Source: Desulfocapsa sulfexigens DSM 10523
Lineage (GTDB): Bacteria; Desulfobacterota; Desulfobulbia; Desulfobulbales; Desulfocapsaceae
DNA: 32,000 bases
Reading direction: 5' to 3'
Assembly (NCBI RefSeq): GCF_000341395.1
Contig: NC_020304.1
Location: forward strand, 930,001-962,000
Under the pieces are notes generated by a model. The model did no database searches, was not told where the DNA came from, and worked only from the letters and a program-made list of their open reading frames with translations. Below are positions 9,840-19,467 of this stretch, piece after piece. The position numbers and the translations under genes were made by a program. Numbering within the stretch: position 1 is the first letter of the stretch; each line of letters begins with the position of its first letter.

Positions 9840-9929
9840 TTTTAATCCCCCTGACATATCTAGCCGAGAACCCATTGTACTCTTTATTACTTTAGCAATC
9901 TGCAGAAAATTGTTCAATCCTTTCCTGCT

Positions 9930-10685
9930 TCATTGTTTCCGATGAATAGCAAAAGGACTCCAGCTCTGACAAACCGGCATCACCTCAAGACGATTTACAT
10001 TCACATGAGACGGACGGTCAGCCAGCCAATAGACAATCTCCGCTATATCCACCGGGGTAAGCGGCTCAGTCCCCTCATACACCGCATCTGCCTTTTCTTT
10101 GTCCCCATGAAAACGAACCACGGAAAACTCAGACTCTGCAAGTCCTGGTTCAACATTGGATACTCTAATTCCTGTGCCATGGAGATCGGCACGCAGGTTA
10201 TTGGAAAACTGCTTCACAAATGCCTTGGTTGCACCATAGGCATTTCCACCCGGATAGGGCCAGGAGCCTGCGATGGATCCAATATTGATAATATCTCCCT
10301 TCCCACGACTCACCATAGCCGGTAACAGGGCACGGGTCACATACAGCAGTCCTTTGATATTGGTATCCACCATATTTTCCCAATCATCAAGATCAGCATC
10401 CTGAGCCGGTTTCATACCAAGGGCAAGTCCTGCATTATTAACCAGCAGGTCAATATTGCTGTGTGATTCCGGCAAAGTCTTCACCATGTTCTCTACCTGC
10501 TCTCTTTTGCGAACATCACAGACAACGGTATGTACGGCAACCTCCGTCAGCTGGTTCTGAAGTTCCTGTAACCGCTCTTCGCGACGACCGCAAAGAACAA
10601 GGTCCCAACCTTTTTCGGCAAATATTTCGGCACACGCTCTGCCAAATCCTGAAGTTGCTCCTGTAATAAATGCTGTTTTGGTCAT
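9930..10685 (-). CDS. Short-chain dehydrogenase/reductase, YdfG-like (3-hydroxy acid dehydrogenase type)
   Basis: 251 aa; TGATSGFGRACAE, NNAGLALG, YGATKAFVKQF, EPGLAESEFSVVRFHGD, C-terminal LEVMPVCQSWSPFAIHR as in the YdfG subfamily. Confidence 0.9.
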   Translation of the reverse strand: MTKTAFITGATSGFGRACAEIFAEKGWDLVLCGRREERLQELQNQLTEVAVHTVVCDVRKREQVENMVKTLPESHSNIDLLVNNAGLALGMKPAQDADLDDWENMVDTNIKGLLYVTRALLPAMVSRGKGDIINIGSIAGSWPYPGGNAYGATKAFVKQFSNNLRADLHGTGIRVSNVEPGLAESEFSVVRFHGDKEKADAVYEGTEPLTPVDIAEIVYWLADRPSHVNVNRLEVMPVCQSWSPFAIHRKQ

Positions 10686-11860
10686 TATTGTCCTGCCTCC
10701 CTGTTAAAACACTCAGCAGCCCTTTTCATATCATCATCAACGAGATAGAAATGAGGCGCTATTCGTATATATTCTGAACGAACTGTTGCTACTATTCCGA
10801 GTTTCCCAACACGTTCCACAAGTTTTTGAGCATTTGTTTCAGGAAGAATCGCTAAAATCCCTGAACGGTGCGCCTCCGGAAAAAGTAACGGCGTGAAAAG
10901 ATCGGGATCAAGATACTGAAGAAAAACATTCTGTAATCGCAACACCTCCATTCGGATATCCTCCATGGGGTAGCGTAAAAAAACTGCATCCAGCAAACCA
11001 TTGATTGCAGCAAGATGTTCCCAGGACAGTGTGGAATATTCAAACTTACGCCCATCCACATGGGGATTCCAGGTGTGATCAAGATACTCAAGGCCCTGTT
11101 GCATCGAAGATGCTCCAACCATTGTTACTTCAATTTTATCTCGAAACTCAGGACTTGTATATAACAGTCCAGCTCCAAAGGGCCCCATAAGCCACTTCCA
11201 GGATGAGACAGCCACAGCTGCCACATTACACTCTTCCGGATACAGCGGCAGACACCCCACACTCTGAGCCCCATCAATAACAAGATCGATATTACGCTCC
11301 CTGCAGAACCTTCCCAGTTTTACCAAATCAGCTGCATAGCCACTACTGAATTGGACATGACTGAGGGCAATTATCCGTGTCCTGGAGCTTACCTTTGCCT
11401 CCAGTTCTTCCATGGACCATCCCCGTGGAGATGCTACGCCAGGAAGCGTCCCCAAGGGATCATGGTCATCCAGGAGGACAAGCTTTACTCCTCGTCTTTC
11501 CTGAAGACGCCACGGGTAATGGTTACTTGGAAATTCGTGAATATAACTGATTATTTCATCCCCAGGCTGAAACGGATAACCGTTGGCGATCAGGCACATC
11601 CCCTCCGCCGTGTTATGGGTACTGGAGATGTTCCCTGAATCAGTTTTAAATAACTGGCCACATTTTTGATGAAAACGGGGCAGCAAACTAAAAAAAGGTG
11701 GCAAGCGGCTGACTCCACCCTCGGCCATGGCCTTGAGATAGTCCTGAGCTGCCTCTTCTGCCTGCCGCTGCATGGGAGAAATAGCACAATGAGCCAGAAA
11801 GACGCTGTTTTTCTTTACAGGAAAGGCTTTCTCACTTTTATCGAACATACGAAAACTCAT
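10685..11860 (-). CDS. Class V-type PLP-dependent aminotransferase / cysteine desulfurase-like enzyme
   Basis: 391 aa; HNTAEGMCLIANGYPFQPGDEIISYIHEFPSN, DGAQSVGCLPL, AVSSWKWLMGPFGAGLLY (PLP Lys in SSWKWL). Confidence 0.88.
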   Translation of the reverse strand: MSFRMFDKSEKAFPVKKNSVFLAHCAISPMQRQAEEAAQDYLKAMAEGGVSRLPPFFSLLPRFHQKCGQLFKTDSGNISSTHNTAEGMCLIANGYPFQPGDEIISYIHEFPSNHYPWRLQERRGVKLVLLDDHDPLGTLPGVASPRGWSMEELEAKVSSRTRIIALSHVQFSSGYAADLVKLGRFCRERNIDLVIDGAQSVGCLPLYPEECNVAAVAVSSWKWLMGPFGAGLLYTSPEFRDKIEVTMVGASSMQQGLEYLDHTWNPHVDGRKFEYSTLSWEHLAAINGLLDAVFLRYPMEDIRMEVLRLQNVFLQYLDPDLFTPLLFPEAHRSGILAILPETNAQKLVERVGKLGIVATVRSEYIRIAPHFYLVDDDMKRAAECFNREAGQ

Positions 11861-11868
11861 TTTTTAGA

Positions 11869-12534
11869 TTATTTCAAGGAAGGACACTCGTCACTCTGCG
11901 ACAGGTGTTGCGATGGGAAAACATGATGCTCCAGGACCAGGTCTGCACAGCTGTTGTTGATATGGGCAAAATCGAAAACCAGATCTTGTCGCCTCTTCCC
12001 TGTATTGTCCACAAGATACTGATAGATATCGATAAAAGGGATTTGCAATTCATCACAGCATCTGGCATAGGCATTATTTAACTGCTCCGTGTAATTGCTG
12101 CGTTCTTCACAGGTAGTGTTAAATGGATAGCTCAGGCCCTGTTGCCATTTCTCGGCTGCAGGTCCCAGAAAATCTCCGGTGGGCACCACATTAAAGACGT
12201 GTATCCGATAACCATCATTTCGCAACTTCTTTACATGGGAGGTATAGCGTTCAGCGGTTCTGGCGATAAGCTGTTCAATAGGAGTTCCCAGTTGCAGATG
12301 TTTATATTTGATATGGAGTCGAACATCCACTTCACCAAAACAGAAAATCAGCTCTTTTTCGCGCAGCGGTTTGAGGATTTCCAATAGTTTTTTCTGGTGA
12401 CGCTCCAGATTGTACGCAGTCTTACCGTCCAATTTATTGTATCCAGTCAGGACTCTGGAATCAGCAATAATATGATGATTCTCAAAACAACGCCTGGAAT
12501 GGCTATCGCCTACGGCAAATATTCTCCGGTCCAT
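11869..12534 (-). CDS. SGNH/GDSL-like hydrolase-fold protein (non-canonical blocks)
   Basis: 221 aa; block I VGDSHS, block III-like FGEVDVR, C-terminal FDFAHIN as candidate Asp-His; no membrane segment evident. Confidence 0.6.
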   Translation of the reverse strand: MDRRIFAVGDSHSRRCFENHHIIADSRVLTGYNKLDGKTAYNLERHQKKLLEILKPLREKELIFCFGEVDVRLHIKYKHLQLGTPIEQLIARTAERYTSHVKKLRNDGYRIHVFNVVPTGDFLGPAAEKWQQGLSYPFNTTCEERSNYTEQLNNAYARCCDELQIPFIDIYQYLVDNTGKRRQDLVFDFAHINNSCADLVLEHHVFPSQHLSQSDECPSLK

Positions 12535-12541
12535 AGGAGAT

Positions 12542-13927
12542 TTACTCAGCGCCGTTTCCCATACCCTCTCCAGCCAGATATGGAGTTAAGGATTCCCCCG
12601 TGGCCGTTTTTAATGACTGCCTGTTAGTATAGAGACCGATTAACGACAGGGCCAATCGGGACTGGGTCCGTACCAGATCCCGCTGCACCTCATTCAAACG
12701 TGCCAGGGACTCCTGTCCGGCCTTGTATCCCTCTTCAACCAGATCCCTGCTCTGTTCAACAAGTTTGACAGATGCACGCTGAAGTTTCAATTGTGCCCTT
12801 GCCTGTTCCAGCCTGGTGATGGCCTGCCTCACCTCACTTTGCACTTTGTTTTTCTGCTGTTCAAGGGTACGCACCGCTTCTCTCCGGAAGGCCTTTGCCT
12901 CAGCAACTTTCGCTCTGTCACCCCCACCTCGGAAGAGGTTGTAAGAGAGATTCACAGATACCGTAGAACCAAAATCATCTTCTTCAAAACCCATATCGTC
13001 CAGTCTGTTTCCATCGACGGATCCATTGAGTGACAGTTGAGGATAGAACCTGGCCTTATTACTGCCAACAGCCGACTCAGCACGCTGTACACTGAACTCC
13101 TGCCGCAGAAGATCTGGTCGATTGTTCGCAGCCACCTGGAGCAACTGATCAGTAGACAGGCTAACGAATTCACTTTCCTCCACCATTTCAACCCGCTCTA
13201 GACGTAACCCCTCCGGCATACGTCCACTCTCACGACCGAGCAATACAGCCAATCCATACAGGGCCAGATCATAGTCACGCTCGGCGAGGAGAATTTCAGT
13301 GGAGGCATTGTTCATCTGTACCTGAAAATTGAGTAGTGCCGAGAGTGACCCTGCCCCGGCATTCATGCTCACTCTTGCCTCATCAGCCTGCTTCGAATTA
13401 AAAGAAAAATCGGCTTCAGCGATGGCTTTATTATACAGAGCCAACTGTGCACCGTAGTAACTCTCAGCAACGGATTGGAGAAGAAGCCGCATACCATCCC
13501 GTCTTGCCTGTTCCGTTTCCTGCTGCCCGGATTCGGCTATGAGATTATTGAATTTTCTGGAAAAGCCATCAAAGAGAAGCCAGGAGGCACCGATGGAGAT
13601 CTGGTATCTCTCACTGCTTCGATCAACATCGGCACCACCCAAAATCATGGATTGAGTGGCAGCATCAGCTGCCGACATTCTTCCCGATACCGCAGCGCCC
13701 CCGGCATCAACGCTTGGGTAGTACAGGGCTCTTGCCTGCTCAATTCGCTGCCGTGCCTGTTCCACCCGCTCTGCTGCAGCAGCAAGGGAAGGATTCCCTG
13801 CAAGTGCAATCTCCTGAGCAGTTTCAAGATCGAGCACTTCTACTTCTTCAAGCGTTTTTCCACCCGCAAGAGAAGCAGAGATAAAATATATTGTCAGTAC
13901 AATTAAAAAAGATATTTTCCAGTTCAT
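12542..13927 (-). CDS. TolC-type outer membrane efflux protein
   Basis: 461 aa; signal peptide, LDLETAQEIALAGNPSLAAAAERVEQARQRIEQARALYYPSV, NLSYNLFRGGGDRAKVAEAKAFRREA, repeated TolC helical pattern. Confidence 0.95.
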   Translation of the reverse strand: MNWKISFLIVLTIYFISASLAGGKTLEEVEVLDLETAQEIALAGNPSLAAAAERVEQARQRIEQARALYYPSVDAGGAAVSGRMSAADAATQSMILGGADVDRSSERYQISIGASWLLFDGFSRKFNNLIAESGQQETEQARRDGMRLLLQSVAESYYGAQLALYNKAIAEADFSFNSKQADEARVSMNAGAGSLSALLNFQVQMNNASTEILLAERDYDLALYGLAVLLGRESGRMPEGLRLERVEMVEESEFVSLSTDQLLQVAANNRPDLLRQEFSVQRAESAVGSNKARFYPQLSLNGSVDGNRLDDMGFEEDDFGSTVSVNLSYNLFRGGGDRAKVAEAKAFRREAVRTLEQQKNKVQSEVRQAITRLEQARAQLKLQRASVKLVEQSRDLVEEGYKAGQESLARLNEVQRDLVRTQSRLALSLIGLYTNRQSLKTATGESLTPYLAGEGMGNGAE

Positions 13928-13928
13928 T

Positions 13929-16900
13929 TTATTTTAGCGCCCTCGGTTCAACTTCCTCACGTGCAGGCCAAGTCCCACTTATCCCCTTCACTATAATTCT
14001 TCTGAAATCGTTCATGATAACCAGCAGACTCGGAATCAATATCAGCGTCAATCCAGTCGCAAAAACCACACCACCAGCAACAGACAGGGCCATGGGAATA
14101 AGAAATTTTGCCTGCATATCTGTTTCCACTATAAGCGGTGCCAGCCCTCCAACGGTACTGATCGATGTGAGAAAAATAGCACGAAACCGCCTGGCACCAC
14201 CCTGAATAATTGCATCAAAGAGTTTCATTCCACCGCTGAGGTTCTCGTTGACCCGCTCTATCAGAACAATAGCATCATTAATCACTACTCCGGACAGGGC
14301 TACCATTCCAAAAATTGACATCATGGAAAGATTATAACCAAGAAGGAGATGTCCGATAATGGCGCCGATAATCCCGAAGGGAATGGTAAACATTATAATA
14401 AACGGCTGAAGATAGGAACGAAATATTGTAGCAATAATGACAAAGATCCCCACCATCGCTATGGGAAATCCTACTTTCAACGACGCAAAGGATTCCCTGG
14501 TATTTTTCTTGGAACCCTCCATGGCCAGATGAATACCTGGATACTTCGTCTTCAGTTCACGAAATGTTGTTCCCCCTAGTTCAGCAAAGATTTCATCGGC
14601 ATTCGCCAGCCGGTTATTCACCTCCGCGGTCACCTGTATTCGACGCAAGCCGTCAGTACGCGTAATGGTAGAGTACCCTGGTGCAAAGCTGATATTTGCA
14701 ACGGAAAGCAGGGGCACTTCACGACCGTCGAGTGTACGAATATGAACTTTCTCGAAGTCAGAAATACGACTCCTTTCAAAAGCCGTGTAGCGCACCTTCA
14801 CCCGGATATCATCCTTGCCGCGCTGCAGACGAAAGGCTTCTCTTCCATAAAAACCTGCATTAATCTGTCCGGCAAGATCCTGTACGGTAAGTCCAAGAGG
14901 TGTCGCCTCAGGTTTCAGACTCAGCTGCAGTTCATTTTTACCCTGGGCATAATCAGAACGAATCTGATATACCCCCTGAAACTCAGTAAGTGCATCCTGC
15001 AAATCATCGGCAGCATTGAGCAGATTTTCCATATCACGGCCCTGAAGCCAGACCTCTATCTCAGCACCCGAAGGACCAGCCGCCATTCCTTCAAAGGAAA
15101 GACTTTTTACTCCCGGAATTCCACCTACTTCCTTTTCCCAGGCAATAAGCAGGTCATTTGAATGTACACCCCGTTTTTCCGATGGTAACAAGATAACCTG
15201 GATGGACCCCATATGAGGCCCCGTAGCCCCCATCTCTCCTGACAGGACCTGACCAACAAGGACTAATCGCTGCTGGACAAGAGGCTCCCCGCTAATTGTT
15301 TTTGTCTTTTCAGCCAGACGATCAAAAGCCGCCTCGATCTGCTTCAATGCCTGACTCGTGACATCAGGAGGCGTTCCTTCCGGGAATTCAACGGTGGAAG
15401 TAATAACAAAACCGTCAAGTTTTGGAAAAACCTGAAATTTAACAAGCCCCCCCTTGACCAGTCCCACACTGAGTATAAGTACGGATATGGCCACAGCCAG
15501 TGAAACATAGCGCCAGTTCAGAACTATATTAATAAAAGGTACATAACGTTTTTCTATAAAGGTCTCAAGCCCGGTACTTACAGACGCACGCCCTCGTTCT
15601 ATAAGGGCAAAAGGGGCCCACAATTTCTTTGGTTTATTCAAGTCCGGCAAATGACTCAGATGTGCAGGCAGAAGCAGCAGTGATTCAACGAGGGAAATCA
15701 GGAGACAGGCAATAACCACCACAGGTAAAATGGCGACAAACTTGCCCATGGTTCCTCCGACAAAAGAGAGTGGAATAAAAGCAACTATAGTGGTTGTTAC
15801 AGCCGCCAGTACCGGCATGGCAACCTCCGACACTCCACTTATCGCCGCTTGAAGTGGAGGTTCACCCCGTTTTCTATGCACATAAATGGCCTCTCCAACG
15901 ACAATTGCATCATCCACCACGATTCCAAGTACCATAATAAGGCCAAAGAGTGAGATCATATTGATGGTGGCGTCAGTTGACCAGAGAATAAACATGGCCC
16001 CGGCAATGGAGATGGGAATCCCCAGACCTGCCCAGAAGGACAGCCGCATATCAAGAAAAAGCCAAAGCATGAAAAAAACCAGACAGAGGCCAATAATCCC
16101 ATTCCGGGTAAGGAGGTTTATGCGGGAACGAAGCGAATCGGTGGTGTCATAAAAAACTGAGATATGAACCCCCGGTGGCAAAACCTTTTCTTTTTCTGCA
16201 ACAAATGCCTGCACCTCGTTGGAAATCTTAATGGCATCTTCATCTTCAGTTTTAGAGATCTGAACAAACATTGCCGGTTGATCATCGATGGTTGCAAAAA
16301 TAGGATCTTCAATAAAACCATCGCGGATGACTGCTATACGATCAAGGGTAATGATCTCGCCACCAGGACTCGCCAGCACCACTATTTCTGCCAGTTCCTC
16401 ACCCGTGTACTTACGCCCCACCGTCCTTATCCTGATGTCCTCACCGACTGTGCGGAGAGTTCCTCCTGACTGGTTGAGGCTGGACTTACGCACCACTGAG
16501 GCAACCTGATCAAAAGTTAATCCGTATCTCCGTAGCTTTTCCTCCGAAATCTCAATTGCAATTTCATAGTCTCGGGTTCCATAAGCCTCCACCTGAGAGA
16601 TGAGTGGACTCAATTTCACCTCATCCTTAATATCCTCTCCCCATTGCTTAAGCTGTTTTTCGCTCAGATCTCCTGACAGTGCGAGCAGCATCACCACCTG
16701 TTTGCGGACAATCTCACGAATAATAGGTTTCTCTGCATCAACAGGAAGATTCGAGATGGCATTCACATGGGACCGCACCTTATCCAGCACCTCAGCAGTG
16801 TCATGTCCATCTTTGACATCAATGGTAACAGAAGCCATATTCTCCATGGATTTAGTGGTATACTGGTCAATTCCCTGAATGGATTCCAGTGCTTCTTCTA

Positions 16901-17102
16901 TCTTTTGATTAATACCCTCCTCCACTTCCTCTGGGTCAGCTCCAGGATAGGGAACGGTAATAACTATTTTATCAATGGAGAACTCCGGAAAGCTCTCCCG
17001 GACCATCATTTTTGTCGCCAGAAATCCTGCAAAAAAGATCAAGAGAAGAAGGATATTGGCAAAAACCGTGTTACGGGCAAAAGAGGCAAGCAGATTATTC
17101 AT
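13929..17102 (-). CDS. RND efflux permease (AcrB/HAE1 family)
   Basis: 1057 aa; VPYPGADPEEVEEGINQKIEEALESIQGI, GIVVDDAIVVGEAIYVHRKRG, internally duplicated 12-TM architecture, GVVINDAIVLIERVN. Confidence 0.97.
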   Translation of the reverse strand: MNNLLASFARNTVFANILLLLIFFAGFLATKMMVRESFPEFSIDKIVITVPYPGADPEEVEEGINQKIEEALESIQGIDQYTTKSMENMASVTIDVKDGHDTAEVLDKVRSHVNAISNLPVDAEKPIIREIVRKQVVMLLALSGDLSEKQLKQWGEDIKDEVKLSPLISQVEAYGTRDYEIAIEISEEKLRRYGLTFDQVASVVRKSSLNQSGGTLRTVGEDIRIRTVGRKYTGEELAEIVVLASPGGEIITLDRIAVIRDGFIEDPIFATIDDQPAMFVQISKTEDEDAIKISNEVQAFVAEKEKVLPPGVHISVFYDTTDSLRSRINLLTRNGIIGLCLVFFMLWLFLDMRLSFWAGLGIPISIAGAMFILWSTDATINMISLFGLIMVLGIVVDDAIVVGEAIYVHRKRGEPPLQAAISGVSEVAMPVLAAVTTTIVAFIPLSFVGGTMGKFVAILPVVVIACLLISLVESLLLLPAHLSHLPDLNKPKKLWAPFALIERGRASVSTGLETFIEKRYVPFINIVLNWRYVSLAVAISVLILSVGLVKGGLVKFQVFPKLDGFVITSTVEFPEGTPPDVTSQALKQIEAAFDRLAEKTKTISGEPLVQQRLVLVGQVLSGEMGATGPHMGSIQVILLPSEKRGVHSNDLLIAWEKEVGGIPGVKSLSFEGMAAGPSGAEIEVWLQGRDMENLLNAADDLQDALTEFQGVYQIRSDYAQGKNELQLSLKPEATPLGLTVQDLAGQINAGFYGREAFRLQRGKDDIRVKVRYTAFERSRISDFEKVHIRTLDGREVPLLSVANISFAPGYSTITRTDGLRRIQVTAEVNNRLANADEIFAELGGTTFRELKTKYPGIHLAMEGSKKNTRESFASLKVGFPIAMVGIFVIIATIFRSYLQPFIIMFTIPFGIIGAIIGHLLLGYNLSMMSIFGMVALSGVVINDAIVLIERVNENLSGGMKLFDAIIQGGARRFRAIFLTSISTVGGLAPLIVETDMQAKFLIPMALSVAGGVVFATGLTLILIPSLLVIMNDFRRIIVKGISGTWPAREEVEPRALK

Positions 17103-18343
17103 TACTTCTCACCCTCGGGAGATGGTGTGGCTGTTTGTATGACGTCAACAAGACTGCGTTCAAGAGGATTGACAAGGCGAGTAGTAACAACCATATCGCC
17201 CTGATCCAAACCATCGTTGACATATGCCTTGTTATCCTGAACTCTGGCGACCTTCACAGGAACAGTCTCCAGACGGCCGTCACGAACAACGTAGACAGTG
17301 TTTTCAAAACTGACAGCCCAGCGTGGCAAGCCCACCACCTTCTTCATCGTTCCACCAGGAATTACCACCCGGCAGAACATTCCTGAAACCAGGGGCATTG
17401 GTATGTTTTTCTCAGCAAACTGCTTGGAATCGAGCCGTAGAACCACCTTCACCGTTCGAGTCTTCTGGTCAAAAAAACTGACTCTGTTCATAGTGGCCAC
17501 AGCCCTGTTACCTGCATCTTCAGTCCAGACAACTTCGCACTCTACGGGTTTCACTGCCGAAAACCACGCATCAGATCCTGCCGATGCCGACTGTGCCACC
17601 TTGTTTTCTGAAAACTGCAGCCAGGCAAAGGCATCACGACTGTCGAGTGGCACTTCAAGTTCCAACACAGAGTCATCCGCCAGTCCGAGAACAATCTTTC
17701 CCGGTGCCACATACTGCCCTTTCTCAATATTTTTTGAGGTAATCCGGCAGGTAAAGGGAGCATAGACCATACAGCGCTCAAGATTAATTTCAGCCCGAAT
17801 CATGGCCTGCTGGACCTGAGCCAGCTTGTCAGCGGAATTGTTCGCTGCCTGCTCAGCTTTTTCTACTCCTGCTCTGGTTCCAACTTTATTTTTTTCAAAC
17901 AGAATTCTGGCACGTTCCAGTTCTTTCGCCGTGAGCTCTTTATCCCGTTTCAAAATAGCAAGGCGTGCCCTGTTAGACTCATAGTCGTTGCGATAATCCC
18001 GATCATCTATTGCAAAAAGCAATTCCCCTTTTGCTATCACCTCACCGGTCTGCAACCGGGGATGTACCTCAACAACGGATCCTGCTACCTCGGCAGCAAT
18101 TTCCACCATACGAATGGACCGCAACTCGCCATGAGCCTCTATGGACACAGGGACATCTGCAAACATGGCTGCAACTGCTGCCACCTTGAGAGGTCGCTCT
18201 ACCTGAACAGCATGGCTGGGAGCCTTTTTTCTGCTTTTTAAGAATCTAAAACCACCCAATCCAATCAGTAGAATAATAAGACAGGCAACAACTCGAATAA
18301 TTACAGTTGTGCGCATACTGTTTTTTTGTTCACTCATGATCAT
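17102..18343 (-). CDS. HlyD-type periplasmic adaptor (RND membrane fusion protein)
   Basis: 413 aa; N-terminal TM; VEIAAEVAGSVVEVHPRLQTGEVIAKGELLFAIDDRDYRNDYESNRARL...YAPFTCRITSKNIEKGQYVAPGKIVLGLADDS. Confidence 0.94.
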   Translation of the reverse strand: MIMSEQKNSMRTTVIIRVVACLIILLIGLGGFRFLKSRKKAPSHAVQVERPLKVAAVAAMFADVPVSIEAHGELRSIRMVEIAAEVAGSVVEVHPRLQTGEVIAKGELLFAIDDRDYRNDYESNRARLAILKRDKELTAKELERARILFEKNKVGTRAGVEKAEQAANNSADKLAQVQQAMIRAEINLERCMVYAPFTCRITSKNIEKGQYVAPGKIVLGLADDSVLELEVPLDSRDAFAWLQFSENKVAQSASAGSDAWFSAVKPVECEVVWTEDAGNRAVATMNRVSFFDQKTRTVKVVLRLDSKQFAEKNIPMPLVSGMFCRVVIPGGTMKKVVGLPRWAVSFENTVYVVRDGRLETVPVKVARVQDNKAYVNDGLDQGDMVVTTRLVNPLERSLVDVIQTATPSPEGEK

Positions 18344-18812
18344 TTACTCTTTCCTGTTTTGATAATACCTGCTCAACACGTTCAAGCACTTCACACCACT
18401 TCTGCGCCGTCTCCGGGCCCACTTTTTCAACCAGATCAAGAAAGGCGGCCAGAACTGCTTCCTCCATCTTTTCTGCTTGTACTGCAGCCATTTTTGACAG
18501 ATGAACCACAACCTTTCGTCTATCCTCAATACTCCGTTCACGATGTACAAACCCCTTGTCTTCCAGGCGATCAACCATACATGATGCCGAAGGCGGCGAG
18601 ACATTCAACTTTTCGGCAAGATGTGAGATTGTGCTTTTCCCGCAGCCATGCAAGGTCATAAGCATCTGCACCTGAGCCGTAGACAGTTCCTCTCCCTGGC
18701 AACATACGCGCCCACTGTGGAGACCGGACTGGATGGAAAAAACATGATCTTTCAGTTTGCGCCCGGCACTGGCGATAAAGCGCGCCTGCTCAACCGTTTT
18801 TTCGTTAGTCAT
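18330..18812 (-). CDS. MarR-family transcriptional regulator
   Basis: 160 aa; LTTAQVQMLMTLHGCGKSTISHLAEKLNVSPPSASCMVDRLEDKGFVHRERSIEDRRKVVVHLSKMA-type winged helix-turn-helix (exact ORF text reads LSTAQVQMLMTLHG). Confidence 0.93.
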   Translation of the reverse strand: MTNEKTVEQARFIASAGRKLKDHVFSIQSGLHSGRVCCQGEELSTAQVQMLMTLHGCGKSTISHLAEKLNVSPPSASCMVDRLEDKGFVHRERSIEDRRKVVVHLSKMAAVQAEKMEEAVLAAFLDLVEKVGPETAQKWCEVLERVEQVLSKQERVNDHE

Positions 18813-18999
18813 ATACTTTTCACTTCACTGTAATAAAAAAAAAAACACTCAAATTTACTTAGGAGAACTAAATACTAGCCACCCTAAGCAATTTCTGTCA
18901 AGAATATTTCTCAAAAATAAAGAAATAAGAGGGAGTGGTCGATAAAGATAACAGAGGATTGGAAATGTAAATCACCCGCCAGGAAAGGAGGGAGTAGCG

Positions 19000-19149
19000 A
19001 TGACCAGCCAAGAAGCAATTCGGGTTTTGATGCTCAGTCCCATCTATTTCAGACTCACACCGGCAGATCGCAGACAACTTATCCGGGAATACTGCAACCT
19101 GTTTACCCAGGTGTGCAAACGGCGACAACGTGCAAAGAAAGAAGAATGA
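19000..19149 (+). CDS. Small hypothetical protein, 49 aa (absent from the supplied ORF track)
   Basis: ATG at 19000 preceded by AGGAAAGGAGGGAGTAGCG (strong Shine-Dalgarno); reads MTSQEAIRVLMLSPIYFRLTPADRRQLIREYCNLFTQVCKRRQRAKKEE, stop TGA at 19147-19149. Confidence 0.6.
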   Translation: MTSQEAIRVLMLSPIYFRLTPADRRQLIREYCNLFTQVCKRRQRAKKEE

Positions 19150-19161
19150 TAAACACTTATT

Positions 19162-19467
19162 TTACTTTTTTCCCCAAAGAGGATCCTGCCCAAACCTGTC
19201 CATCCACCAATCTTCCGGTTCCAGCGCCTCACCGTCCAGTGGAACCAGAGGAATCCTGAACTGATTATAATAATTCATCAGCACGTCGTAAGCTCTGGTC
19301 AGTCGGCGCATCAAATCACCCTTGGCCCTGTCGTTACCCACGATATCGGGGTGATTTTCTTTACACTTGCTGCGATAGCTGCGCTTAATCTCTCCAAGAG
19401 TCGCACGATCTCCAAGTCCTAGAAGTTCCTTGGCCTCAAAGATAGCATCCCAGTCTGACCTGGTCAT
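19162..19467 (-). CDS. Short J-domain (DnaJ-like) protein
   Basis: 101 aa; EAKELLGLGDRATLGEIKRSYRSKCKENHPDIVGNDRAKGDLMRRLTRAYDVLMNY; intact HPD motif; ATGA overlap with the plsY stop. Confidence 0.88.
   Translation of the reverse strand: MTRSDWDAIFEAKELLGLGDRATLGEIKRSYRSKCKENHPDIVGNDRAKGDLMRRLTRAYDVLMNYYNQFRIPLVPLDGEALEPEDWWMDRFGQDPLWGKK

Noticed and set aside
14349-17386. Plus-strand ORFs antisense to the RND permease and adaptor
   Set aside because: Shadow ORFs of well supported genes.
18857-18887. Possible MarR operator: CTTAGG...CCTAAG inverted repeat upstream of the MarR gene
   Set aside because: Only 6-bp arms with a 19-nt spacer; too weak to call an operator without comparative or footprint data.
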